A stretch of 64,000 nucleotides of DNA. Origin: Octopus bimaculoides. Lineage: Eukaryota. The notes below the pieces were generated by a model. That model was given only the letters and a program-made list of their open reading frames with translations. It searched no databases and was not told the DNA's origin. The position numbers and the translations under genes are program-made. The stretch is from positions 53,945,398 to 54,009,397 of the forward strand of contig NC_068998.1 of assembly GCF_001194135.2 (NCBI RefSeq), read 5' to 3'. Position 1 is the first letter of the stretch; every line of letters starts with the position of its first letter. This document shows, piece after piece, positions 1 through 11,600 of the stretch.

Positions 1-121
1 CATATTTCATTGGTCTAAACACTCTATATGTACACATTTACATACATGTGTGTGAGTGTGTATACATGCACACATTCATATGTATATTCACACACACACA
101 TATATGCATATACATATGCGA

Positions 122-170
<49 letters not shown>

Positions 171-639
171 NNNNNNNNNNNNNNNNNNNNNNNNNNNNNN
201 NNNNNNNNNNNNNNNNNNNNNNNNNNNNNNNNNNNNNNNNNNNNNNNNNNNNNNNNNNNNNNNNNNNNNNNNNNNNNNNNNNNNNNNNNNNNNNNNNNNN
301 NNNNNNNNNNNNNNNNNNNNNNNNNNNNNNNNNNNNNNNNNNNNNNNNNNNNNNNNNNNNNNNNNNNNNNNNNNNNNNNNNNNNNNNNNNNNNNNNNNNN
401 NNNNNNNNNNNNNNNNNNNNNNNNNNNNNNNNNCCCCATTTGACAATCAGTTCTATCGAGATAATTATAAGCGTATTCTACATTGAAGGATTCAACACAA
501 TTAGTCTCGGCTTTGTCATTGATTTTGATCTTTTAACGATTATTTTAGATTTTTTTGTTTGTTTTATTTTTTTAAATTATAATTATTTTCATCATATTTG
601 ATTTTTGCTATTTCATTTCTTTTCTATAAATACAAACAC

Positions 640-781
640 GTGTGTGTGTGTAAAGACAGACAGAGGGAGAGAAATAAATGGATGTGTGTGTGTATGTGTG
701 TGTGTAGAGAGAGAGAGAGAGACAGACCGACAGACAGACAGAGGGAGAGAAATAAATGGATGTGTGTGTGTATGTATGTGT

Positions 782-820
<39 letters not shown>

Positions 821-856
821 GGGAGAGAAATAAATGGATGTGTGTGTGTGTGTGTT
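640..856. repeat. Higher-order tandem repeat with a 78-bp period built from (GT)n, (GA)n and (GACA)n blocks plus a unique spacer
   Basis: CAGAGGGAGAGAAATAAATGGATGTGTGTG recurs at 661, 739 and 817. Confidence 0.9.
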
Positions 857-1074
857 TGTAGTTTTATTTTTACAGTAAATTTCAATTTTAATTATCATTA
901 TAAAGGAAGAAAAATGGGGCTTTTCGCCCCCCTCTGATAATTAACATTTGCTTAAGAAACTAGAAATCTAAAATTAATACAGCATAAAATGTAGAAAAAA
1001 AACTTCATCATTTACTGAACACAGTAACCAAGTAACTGGGGAAGGGTTTTTTAAAATATTTTATACTTAGACGG

Positions 1075-1230
1075 TAAGCTGGAAGAATGGTTAGCACGCC
1101 CGGTGACATGCTCAGCGCCATTCCACCTAGGTAAACTTTGCCTTTCACCCTTTCGGCCTTTGATAAACTAATCACAAGTCGAGCAGCTCCGAAATTGCTG
1201 GCCTTGTGCCTAAAATTGATACCAATATTT
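1075..1230 (+). mobile_element. Degenerate tRNA-derived SINE, family A
   Basis: Head GCTGGAAGAATGGTTAGCACGCC, core ACTTTGCCTTTCACCCTTTCGG and tail AATTGCTGGCCTTGTGCC match the better copies at 20200 and 32145. Confidence 0.7.
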
Positions 1231-1514
1231 TACATCGATGCATGGCAGTGATCTGACAAAATGGTTAGCTTAACGGCATTTCCTACCATAGTCGGTACCC
1301 ATAAGGACGGCTAGTCAACGTGTCCTTCAGTGGAATTCAATCTGGAACCAACCACTTGGCAAGGAAACCGCTTCACCAGAATCGATATCCAGGAAAAATA
1401 AATGAAGAAAGTATCAAGGATTTTTAAAGAGTCAGAGTTCAAAACTCTTTAGAGTTTTAACAGAAGGCTTGGAATTTTGAAGGGAGTGGAGTTTAGTCAA
1501 TACTTTCATCCCAC

Positions 1515-1603
1515 TCGTCTGCCGTTACGATCTGAGTTCAAATTCCGCCGAGGTCGACTTTGCCTTTCATCCTTTCGGGGTCGATTAAATAAGTACCAGT
1601 AAA
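1515..1603 (+). mobile_element. SINE family A, 5'-truncated copy
   Basis: B-box GAGTTCAAATTCC followed by GCCGAGGTCGACTTTGCCTTTCATCCTTTCGGGGTCGATTAAATAAGTACCAG. Confidence 0.9.
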
Positions 1604-1725
1604 TATTTAATCGACCTCGAAAGGATAAAAAGCTAACTCGAGCTGCTTAGAACGTTAAAACTGCTACAATGCAGTTAAGCATTTTTGTCCGACGTGCTAA
1701 CGATTCCGCTAAGCTCGCCACCGTT
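1604..1725 (-). mobile_element. SINE family A, inverted copy tail-to-tail with 1515-1603
   Basis: Reverse complement reads GGTGGCGAGCTTAGCGGAATCGTTAGCACGTCGGACAAAAATGCTT...TTTTATCCTTTCGAGGTCGATTAAATA. Confidence 0.85.
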
Positions 1726-2154
1726 TGGTGGAAAAAATAATAAAGTTGATTAATGCAGTCAATTACTTGCATTTTAATTTCTATATTCTATACAGATTAC
1801 GTAAAAGATCCCTTGAGGATTCTTCGAACCAAGAATAAAAGAAAATGGACATAATTAGAATAATTCATTTAGACCCGCGTCGCTCAATCTCGGCCATCTC
1901 ATAAATTAATATACTAAATTTATTTCATCAGCCGTTACATCGGTTTATTTTTAATATTTTATACTTCTTTTAAAACAGAATTTTATAATTCTTTCTATAT
2001 TATATAATTATGTACTCTGTTATTTCAACACTGAGGCGGCAAAAATGCCCACAACAGTGATCCTGATAACATGTTTGTGATTTACGACCCGTCATTTTGT
2101 GCGCTGGATTCTTAGGCTTTTATAACCAAATTTTCGCGTCACTCTTTCGAGTCC

Positions 2155-2370
2155 ATGATTGGCAGAATCGAGGATGCGACTGACATACTTTACGGTATTA
2201 GTTCAGGTTCTTTACATTCGAGGTTCAAGTCTCAACGAAATCAAATTCCATCCTTCCATCCTTCACGATCCGATACAATAAAGTATCAATCTAGTATTGA
2301 GATCGATTTAATCAACTCAATCCCTTCCTTTTGAATATTCAGCTTTGTGTCTATGTTTGAAATAATTAAT
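2155..2370 (+). mobile_element. Old, degenerate SINE family A copy
   Basis: TGGCAGAATCG head, GGTTCAAGTC B-box-like motif and CCTTCCATCCTTC...GATACAATAAAGTATC core. Confidence 0.65.
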
Positions 2371-3584
2371 AGCGCTGTGCACGTAATGAATTGCAGCCTG
2401 TGCCGTTTTTAATGTTCTGTATATTATTTCGAAGTAACCTCACCAATGTGCTGAACTAAGATGACGACTAAGGCAAGTCTCTGAATTAGTATCAAGTAGA
2501 AAGTTCTGAGCCATATCGAGAAAGTAATTCTGGTTCGAGTTGTGAAATAACGGTCCTTTTTCCTGTTTCTTTATTACTATTATTTTGTGGAAATAAAGCA
2601 ATTTCTCTTAAGTTACACATGTGGAAGATAGACTTATCACCTACACATGTGGATCAACTATAAGCCAAGTGACCTACGGTCATATTTGTTCCAGTCATAT
2701 CAAAAACTTCATTTTCTAAAATGCCCATCGATTCGTAGGAAACTTGGCTTGCATTTCTAGCACGCTGAAGCAACGATTACGCAAATAATCCTTCGTTGTT
2801 ACATTTCATAAAGTACGACGGTCGTTAGTCTTCTAATAATCTCGTAATGGATTATTTTAGTTCTCGTCTATCATTGTTCGTGGAAATAGCTCGAGTCTCG
2901 TCTCATGAATTTTATAATAGTAGCTTATGAACATGCATTATTCACAGAGAGAGAGATGACCATCTTCGACCACTATCTCACAGAATATTTATGGAACCGG
3001 TAGGCTCAAAACAGGATGGAAACCATTATCTTTAAATAAAAGGAAGTAAATAAGAAGCGAACAAAAGAATATCAGGAACAATTGTTAAATCGTTTGCGAT
3101 AAACATCATAGATACTAATTTTGATGGAACGCATCTTGGAACTGATAATTCTTCAAAAGAATTTCTCTCCCCACATAAATCTATATTCAAATATTACAAC
3201 AAATTTTATTGATTCACTTCTCTAATGTATTTTCACTTAAAGCTTGGTAATATTCTTTGCTATAACCGATGAGATACAATACAGTAGAATAATGAGAAAC
3301 AAGCTGATATTTCTCAACTTTAAAATGTTCTTGGCAGCGAGAGAAACCAAATGCTAACATGTATCAACTAATTTCATCGAGTTCAGTATTGGGTTTTGTT
3401 TTGCTTTTACATATGCAAAGATAACAAATTCCTAGAGTGAGATAGTGAACGAGAAAAGAGAGGCGTAATGATTATTAAACAAGATAATGATAAGCAGCAA
3501 TGTGATAGGAAACCGTTGGCATTTTGCTATACAGATTCTTCTTAACTTTATCGCAATAATAATAATAATAATAATCAATGCCCT

Positions 3585-4020
3585 GATGCAGTACCAGGTA
3601 CTGGCTCTCATACCTTCTGATCTTAAGTGATTGGAAGTATTATGTACATTGTTTTGCTTTGGTATAACAGATGGGCTACAGCATCTGCTCAATACCACAA
3701 ATTTGCTTGTCAGTTGTTTGACCTTAACCAGTTGAGCATGTCCCTTGGTGGCTGACGATATGTGCATCTCTGGGCAAAACTACTATTTTCTCTGAGGATG
3801 GTACGTTGGTCACAGTCGCATTTGCAACGCTTTGTTTCATGCAGAAAGAGATTATGACAAATTCTTGATTTCTTTAAAAGGTGCGAAGTGGGCAATTTGT
3901 GATACAATCTAGGTGACTCATGTTGTCCATAGTTCCCTGCTTTCTCCCATGTATCCAACCAACCACGGTTCAAGCCTCTACAAGGATTTCTTATCAGTTT
4001 GAGCTGGCATAGGATATTCC
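3585..4020 (-). mobile_element. Probable 3' remnant of a non-LTR retrotransposon with restriction-like endonuclease (REL), ending at an (ATT)n tail
   Basis: The minus strand contains ATCCTTGTAGAGGCTTGAACCGTGGTTGG, reconstructable with a frameshift as a P-V-E-V-G-A-R-G-W type REL motif. A non-coding stretch then ends at the (AAT)n run at 3555-3575. The frames are broken and the clade assignment is a guess. Confidence 0.35.
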
Positions 4021-4309
4021 AGTGTACGAAATATTTCTCACGTTTTAGTCATTTGAAGATTATTGTCTTTATATTGGAAAACATCATTATTGATCCGCAA
4101 GACATTCCTTTGTTAAGAAATCACAGTGACATCTTCGGAAATACATGGATGTCTCGAAATGTCTATCTTACATAAATTCTAATGGCATCTATGAGAAAGA
4201 ACAGTCGAGAATCAGACGTTTCGCTCGAGGCTATTATATTTCCATCTTCTTAAGAGTTGTCTCGTAAGTCTGCATTGATCTTCCTCATATCTTTAATAAT
4301 GTTCTGTAT

Positions 4310-4420
4310 CTTTTATTCTTTACTTGTTTCAGCCATTGGACTGCGGCTATACTGGAGCAACGCTTTGAACGGTTTAATCGAACAAAACGAATTCAAAACT
4401 TATTTTTAAGTCAAGTGAGC
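4310..4420 (-). mobile_element. SINE family B (CORE-type), 3' part
   Basis: TTTACTTGTTTCAGCCATTGGACTGCGGCTATACTGGAGCAACGCTTTGAA matches 5225-5290 and 34065-34110. Confidence 0.7.
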
Positions 4421-4424
4421 ATAG

Positions 4425-4560
4425 CTGTGAACTATATTAAATCTGTTCGCGTTCGATCCCATTGCGCGGCATTTTGGGCAATTGTCTTCTATTCTAGCCC
4501 CGGGTGAACCAATCCTTTGCAGGTGAATTCGCGGATGACTTACACAGACATACTTATTCA
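4425..4560 (+). mobile_element. SINE family B (CORE-type), 5' part, degenerate
   Basis: GTTCGATCCC B-box followed by TTTTGGGCAATTGTCTTCTATTCTAGCCCCGGGTGAACCAA, similar to 38030-38090. Confidence 0.7.
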
Positions 4561-5224
4561 CAGTCAACAATAAATACATTGACTAATACCTGCTTATAGT
4601 GGAAGACATTTATTCAGATTACCCTGCAAAAGGATTGAACTCGGATTTACGTTGTGTGAAACAAAATTATTAACCACTTTCCTATGCTTGTACTCAGGTT
4701 TGAAAGCATATTTGAAAGCCTTTCATTAACAAATATATATCAATTCCGAATGCTTCTTTTTTCTCTCTCTCTCTCAAAAGAATGTGCCTGCTATCATTTG
4801 ATCTTAGTCTAATTAAAGAGTTGATAATTTGATAAAATGATTTATCCTCTACATGTGAATTGAATCCTGCAGCTCATGATGTTGCTCTTCCCACTCACCA
4901 AAGATGTTTTCTTCGTTCCGTAATTCGTTTTGACAACATAATGTGCTCTAACATATGTAGATTTCCTAACTACGTAACATCGAGAATGCGTTGAATTTCC
5001 AAGTAATGTTAATTGAATCAATACTAATGTCGGCTTTTAGAAAAAAGACCTGCCATATCGAGAATATTTCATGGAATTGGTCTCATGATGTTTTAATGTC
5101 ATCACTAAGCAGAATCCATATACATAAATTTCCGCATTTGCTTGTCTTTTTCTTCGTTTAGTTTTGTGCTGCAGCGATGCGTAATATTGTGCTTGATGTT
5201 CACGAGAGATGTATCAACTTTTAT

Positions 5225-5390
5225 CTCCTATCTTTTACTTGTTTCACTCACTCGACTGCGCCCATGCTGGGGCACAACCTTTAGATGAACAAATCGACTC
5301 TAGTACATATTTTAAAATGTGGTACTTGTTCTATCGGTACTCTAGGCGAATCGCTAATTTTCGGTAAGTAAAGAGGCAAGCGGTGATAAA

Positions 5391-5467
<77 letters not shown>

Positions 5468-5560
5468 ACGGGCTTCTGCACGGTTTCTGTCTACCAAATT
5501 CACTTAGAGGGCATCGGTCGGTGTGGTGCAGTAGTAAATGCATTTCGTCCTTTTAAAATA
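5225..5560 (-). mobile_element. SINE family B with expanded internal (CA)n microsatellite at 5393-5465
   Basis: The 3' half lies at 5225-5392 and GACGGGCTTCTGCACGGTTTCTGTCTACCAAATTCAC at 5466-5505, which is the reverse complement of the 38090-38133 segment; the two parts flank the repeat. Confidence 0.8.
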
Positions 5561-6134
5561 AACATTTAAGGAAAGTAAATAACATCATCAACTACTTCAT
5601 GTTTCAAATGATTACATTCGAAACGATAAAGAGAATTCCGAAAAATAACATTCTTTTGTGATGTACCCAATGGCTTTTGTTGCCTGAATTCAGTGCGTAA
5701 TATCGTACACGATTTTTAAAGAGAAATTAATAATGCTTGTCTATTACAAAATATTTCCAATGAAATTAAACTAAATATTATAACCATCTAATAATCGAGT
5801 TCGAGAGTATAAAGAGAATTCTCAAAATAGCTTTAAATATGTGAGATATTCCAAATAGCGTTTCTTGCCTGCCTTAAACTCGTATGTGAGTCTCTACACA
5901 AGGACATTTTTCTCCATTGTACACACCCGAACAAGTTACATTTATGTCGGTGTGTATGAAAGACTATTAGTTGCACGTATATACAGGCCCCTACGTTTTC
6001 GGTCATCGATGATTTCCAAAGAGAAAATGGTGCCCACACAGCTTGGAATAACTTCTGGCATAAGCATTGTGGTCGGAAAGCAAAGAGTCAGAATAGAAAA
6101 TAATTTTCATTATCTGATGGAGCTTAAGACAGCA

Positions 6135-6350
6135 AACTGGCAGAATTGTTAAGCAGGTCGGTCAAAATGTAAATGATATTTCCTCCGCTTCATAATGTTT
6201 TGAGTTCAAATTCCACTGTTATCATTTGTGCTTTTCATTATTTCAGGATCGATAAAATAAAGTACCGTTCAAGTGCTGAGGCTGATGTAATCACCTTTCC
6301 CCTCCCCTCTAAATTGCTGCCTTTGTTCCAAAATTAGAAAGTAAAAAGTT
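6135..6350 (+). mobile_element. Degenerate SINE family A copy
   Basis: CTGGCAGAATTGTTAAGC head, GAGTTCAAATTCC B-box and GGATCGATAAAATAAAGTACC core. Confidence 0.8.
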
Positions 6351-7134
6351 ATGATTCAGCCACACTGTCAGCTCTCTTGTGACGGGTCTACTACTATTAT
6401 ATAAATTAAAGTCTAGTGACTTTCATCTTTCCTAATATCATTCCAATAAAAGTTGGATATCGGCTGCGATATCTAACATTTGAATGGTTACTGAAATCTT
6501 TGTTACGCTCAATATAGATCTGTTCATTTAATAGGTTTCAATATCCGGGTAGTAATAGATATTGTCTCGACAGAGAGAATTAATGAATTCCCAATATAAA
6601 AAGTTGATTTAGTTTTCCTGTTTCGGTGTAACTTTAGCATTTTGAATTTGAAATTATGTGACACTTTTTGCATTTCGTAAGTGTTGCTATATCTTATATC
6701 TATTGTATTAAATGTGTAAATGACCAGTCATTAATGAATATATGACGAGTGTATGTGTGAAATAGATTTGATTAAGGATCCTGTTTATCAAACCTATATT
6801 GGTTGGAGAAAGTAAAGACGAAATCTATTCCAGTCTCCAGTGGTTAGATGTCATCAAAATATTATTATCAAATCACCTGATCGTAGTTTTCTGTGTTGGT
6901 TAATTTCTTTTAAACTTTAAACAGAGATAGAACCTGTTATAATCTAATAGTTGCTTCGATATTCTAACTACATCAATTCGTCACACCGTCTACACCTCGT
7001 GTATGAAATCTTTGTGAGACGCTTTCGAGGAGAAGAACATTTCCGTGATTCATTTTCCTTAGTAATAATGATGAGATTCTGAAGCTTTGAACTCAGTCAC
7101 TACATTACTTTTATTTCTCTTTCTTTCTTTTTCT

Positions 7135-7265
7135 CCCCGGAAACTACGTTAAGGGTACATGTGTCTGTGGAATGCTCAGCCACTTGCACGTTAACTTCCC
7201 GTGCAGGCTGTTCCGTTGAATGGATCAACTGAAAACCTCTGCGTCGTAACCGACGGAGTGCCCTA
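7135..7265 (+). mobile_element. Short interspersed repeat, family D
   Basis: ACTACGTTAAGGGTACATGTGTCTGTGGAATGCTCAGCCACTTGCACGTTAA...GTCGTAACCGACGGAG; homologous segments lie on the minus strand at 54960-55075 and 59165-59290. Confidence 0.75.
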
Positions 7266-7282
7266 GTAAATATATATATAAT

Positions 7283-7401
<119 letters not shown>

Positions 7402-9159
7402 ACGAGCGTGTGGTGCATGCTTTTGTATGTAAATATGTGCATATTTACAGTAACGAACAGAAAATGATTCACTAATTACTTGGCTGTCAGTTGGCGAATT
7501 ATTGAACACAGCACGAAATTTTCGATTTTAAAAAACAAACGCAATTCTATCGGTAGGAATGAGCTTCCCTTAAAAGGAATGGTACGTTCGATTATTGAAA
7601 GTTTTTGTAGTTCGGTAGATAACTATGCCAAAAGCACTTGAAAATTTAGCGTCAGTAATTAACTTCAAAAGGCTTGAGATATGATCTGTGATTGTTATTA
7701 CAAAGAATTTGTAGACTGTATTGAAATGTTGATCTGTGGATGTGGCGGGTTTGCTCAACTGAAAACCGTCATCTTTTGTCGCATGAGCATTTCTTTTACT
7801 TGTCTTGTTTACAACATTAAAAAAAAAACAGTTTGTTTTTAGTGCTATCTGTTGTGTATCAAACGAAAATTGTATTGAGTTTGATATAGGGAGTGGAAAT
7901 AGTTCGCTCCTTTACGTTTGTTTTTTTAAAGAAAAGCTTTACATTTTATTCCTTAAGTTATATCAGAATTTTTTTTTTAAATGCCCTATTTACACTGTTA
8001 TCTACAGTGTGTAACTAAAAACCTTATCGAGATGTTGATCTAAGAATATACGGAATGATCAATTGAAAACCTTTTGTTGTGTTGTAAGAAAAACATTATA
8101 TTTCACGGCGAAATATTTTTTCAATGTTATCTTCTCAGCTTCTTTTTGTGTTGCTGAAATTTCCATCGACATGAACTGAAAATGCAGTTAGTTATCGCAA
8201 AATACAATCAAAGTTTGGGTTAGGTATTCGTTTTAAAAAGCGATTTCGTACGGCGATAGGAAAAATTTTGACATTAACGATTTTATAGGGAGTTGTAAGA
8301 ATTATACAAGTTATGTATACAAAGTTGTTAGCAACACGTTCGATAATTTCAATTGTTGCATGTTGGCAGGAAAACAGGAAAATGTGAAAAGGGAAAGCGT
8401 GTGGGATTAGACACATTCAGGTGGCAAAAAGCAGAGGCGTTAACTCGAGCACGATTAATTGAGGTTGACATAAAATCAACAAAGAATCATGAAATTGTAA
8501 TAAATAGTTACCACTACAGTAGCACAAGAACACGACAAAAGAAAATCAGGCTCGGTGTTGGAATAGTGTTGGATTTGCTGATTTGAGTTTGTCTGGCTTA
8601 AAACAATAGCAATCGATAACAGATTACTGTTTTAGAAAAGTGACAGTATTTTCAAAACACGAAGACGAATCTTAGATATTGTGATATAACAGTTTTGGTA
8701 AAGATAAGAGCATAGATGTAAAGACACTTTGTTTCACGTCGACCCAGTTGACACAGCTAGCAAAATTGACTTGTACCTGTAACTGAAAAGGGCGAGCCTG
8801 GATGCATTCTGCGTCGCGTTGAATTTCCCGGTTAAGACTACGCGATTCTGCGAAGTGCTTATCCACTTGAACGTATAATTTCACAAGCAGGCAGTTCCAT
8901 TTATCGGGTCAATTGGAGCCGGCCTCCATTTGTAACTGACGAAGTAACAGTTAGTTAAGAGTATAAATAGGATAACCCAACTAAGTATTTATAGGAGTTC
9001 ACATAGCGCTCAGCAGTCGATGTGATGTGTGTGTGGAGATCTATAACCTTCAAAAGCCAGACGCTCCGGTCGCCAGAGTAATGTATAACACATAGAAAGC
9101 TTCAGCTGTTCTTTCACTGGTTTCTGAAATATTTCCGTGACTTTACCATCTGCTCTACG

Positions 9160-9214
<55 letters not shown>

Positions 9215-10885
9215 AATTAGGTTTGACTCGTATATACTTGTGAATTTATGTGGATATGTATTATTCGTATGGGTATGTATAAATATTTGCATTTATTTAC
9301 AATGTGGTATATCATGCTGAAGACGCAAAGGAATTTTACATATCTAAGCTAGAAATTGATCTATAATTAACTCCTTTTTTTAAAAATTCTTCCTAATTCC
9401 TTTTCTCGCTTTCAACGTGTGCTAATGGAGTACAAGATATGGTTTCTAGAGCTATTTGGCGTCTATATCAAGCATGTTGGTGTTGTTTATCAGCAATAGA
9501 ATCATATCTATATAATTATAAATTAGTTTATAGACATACATATTATATATATTATTATATATATATATTATATATATATATTATATATATATATTATATA
9601 TATTATATTATATATACATATATATNNNNNNNNNNNNNNNNNNNNNNNNNNNNNNNNNNNNNNNNNNNNNNNNNNNNNNNNNNNNNNNNNNNNNNNNNNN
9701 NNNNNNNNNNNNNNNNNNNNNNNNNNNNNNNNNNNNNNNNNNNNNNNNNNNNNNNNNNNNNNNNNNNNNNNNNNNNNNNNNNNNNNNNNNNNNNNNNNNN
9801 NNNNNNNNNNNNNNNNNNNNNNNNNNNNNNNNNNNNNNNNNNNNNNNNNNNNNNNNNNNNNNNNNNNNNNNNNNNNNNNNNNNNNNNNNNNNNNNNNNNN
9901 NNNNNNNNNNNNNNNNNNNNNNNNNNNNNNNNNNNNNNNNNNNNNNNNNNNNNNNNNNNNNNNNNNNNNNNNNNNNNNNNNNNNNNNNNNNNNNNNNNNN
10001 NNNNNNNNNNNNNNNNNNNNNNNNNNNNNNNNNNNNNNNNNNNNNNNNNNNNNNNNNNNNNNNNNNNNNNNNNNNNNNNNNNNNNNNNNNNNNNNNNNNN
10101 NNNNNNNNNNNNNNNNNNNNNNNNNNNNNNNNNNNNNNNNNNNNNNNNNNNNNNNNNNNNNNNNNNNNNNNNNNNNNNNNNNNNNNNNNNNNNNNNNNNN
10201 NNNNNNNNNNNNNNNNNNNNNNNNNNNNNNNNNNNNNNNNNNNNNNNNNNNNNNNNNNNNNNNNNNNNNNNNNNNNNNNNNNNNNNNNNNNNNNNNNNNN
10301 NNNNNNNNNNNNNNNNNNNNNNNNNNNNNNNNNNNNNNNNNNNNNNNNNNNNNNNNNNNNNNNNNNNNNNNNNNNNNNNNNNNNNNNNNNNNNNNNNNNN
10401 NNNNNNNNNNNNNNNNNNNNNNNNNNNNNNNNNNNNNNNNNNNNNNNNNNNNNNNNNNNNNNNNNNNNNNNNNNNNNNNNNNNNNNNNNNNNNNNNNNNN
10501 NNNNNNNNNNNNNNNNNNNNNNNNNNNNNNNNNNNNNNNNNNNNNNNNNNNNNNNNNNNNNNNNNNNNCATGCATATATATACATACATATGTATATACA
10601 TAACGTATATGATGTGCATGACATGCATATATATACATATAACGGTATATTATGTATTTAGGCAGCGTTCGGTCATTGGAAATAAAGCTGATATTATTCA
10701 GTGTCAGATGAAAGGATAGGAAACCTATTTGTTATCATAGCATTCTCGTTATCTAAAGGTCAAAGAATAAAGAGAAAAACAAAATGAATTCTTCTCTAGC
10801 CTTATTTCCATTGACTCTGCAACCGTCTAACATTCTTGCAGCTGTTTTGATTTTGTCCTTTCTGTTGCTCTTCTTGTTTGATTAG

Positions 10886-10986
10886 ATTCTTGGGTTCCCA
10901 GTACAAGTGCAGAGACGAGGGAAGATAAAGCAGAAAATTTATTTGCAAAAAAACTATCACGTCATTGAATTCCAATTCTGTTAAAG
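10886..10986 (+). other. Candidate exon (non-coding or stop-containing), followed by a canonical 133-nt intron at 10987-11119
   Basis: Long pyrimidine tract ending GATTAG upstream, donor AAAG|GTGAGA, and acceptor TTCTCTTATTTTTCTGCAG| at 11119. All three frames of this exon contain a stop. There is no transcript evidence. Confidence 0.3.
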
Positions 10987-11453
10987 GTGAGAATTGAAAT
11001 TTAGTAGTAGCACCACTGTTCGCATTTCCTGATATCACCCTCAGAATCCATAATAAATCTTCAAAATCTATTGCGATTAGAGTATTTTTCTTTTATTTTC
11101 TTCTCTTATTTTTCTGCAGGTTTTCACGGCATAAATGAAGTGAATGTGTATTAAGATTAATAAGTGCAGCAGATATTGCTGCGTGTTTAAAACAAGTTCA
11201 CTTTGCAAAGATGTGATTCCTAGGTCAACTCTACTGCGCGGCATCTTGAGTAAATATCTTTTACACAGATTCCAATTGACTAAAAGTTTGTATGCGGAAT
11301 TGGACTGTGTTTTCTGTACTCGTTTATCAATTTGTCTACGCTTTGTTTGCAATGTCCTGTACCCAGATATGCATCTATATATACAGGTAGATGTAAGTAT
11401 GTACATACATGTACGTATATATGCATATACTCATTTATTATTTGTATTATATA

Positions 11454-11489
<36 letters not shown>

Positions 11490-11490
<1 letters not shown>

Positions 11491-11600
11491 CAAAATGTAA
11501 CCACATGTGAATCGTTGTCGATTTTCTTCCTCCGTTTTCCTTTCTATTGGACGTTCCTCTGTTTCCGAAGAAGAGCGTCTGCTAATACTTTACACGTACC
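11490..11600 (+). mobile_element. Penelope-like terminal repeat remnant
   Basis: CCTCTGTTTCCGAAGAAGAGCGTCTGCT resembles the GAAGAAGAGC...CTCGAAACG motif at 23178-23205. Confidence 0.4.

Noticed and set aside
640-856. Regularly spaced direct repeats superficially like a CRISPR array
   Set aside because: The spacers are microsatellites, the context is eukaryotic and there are no cas genes.
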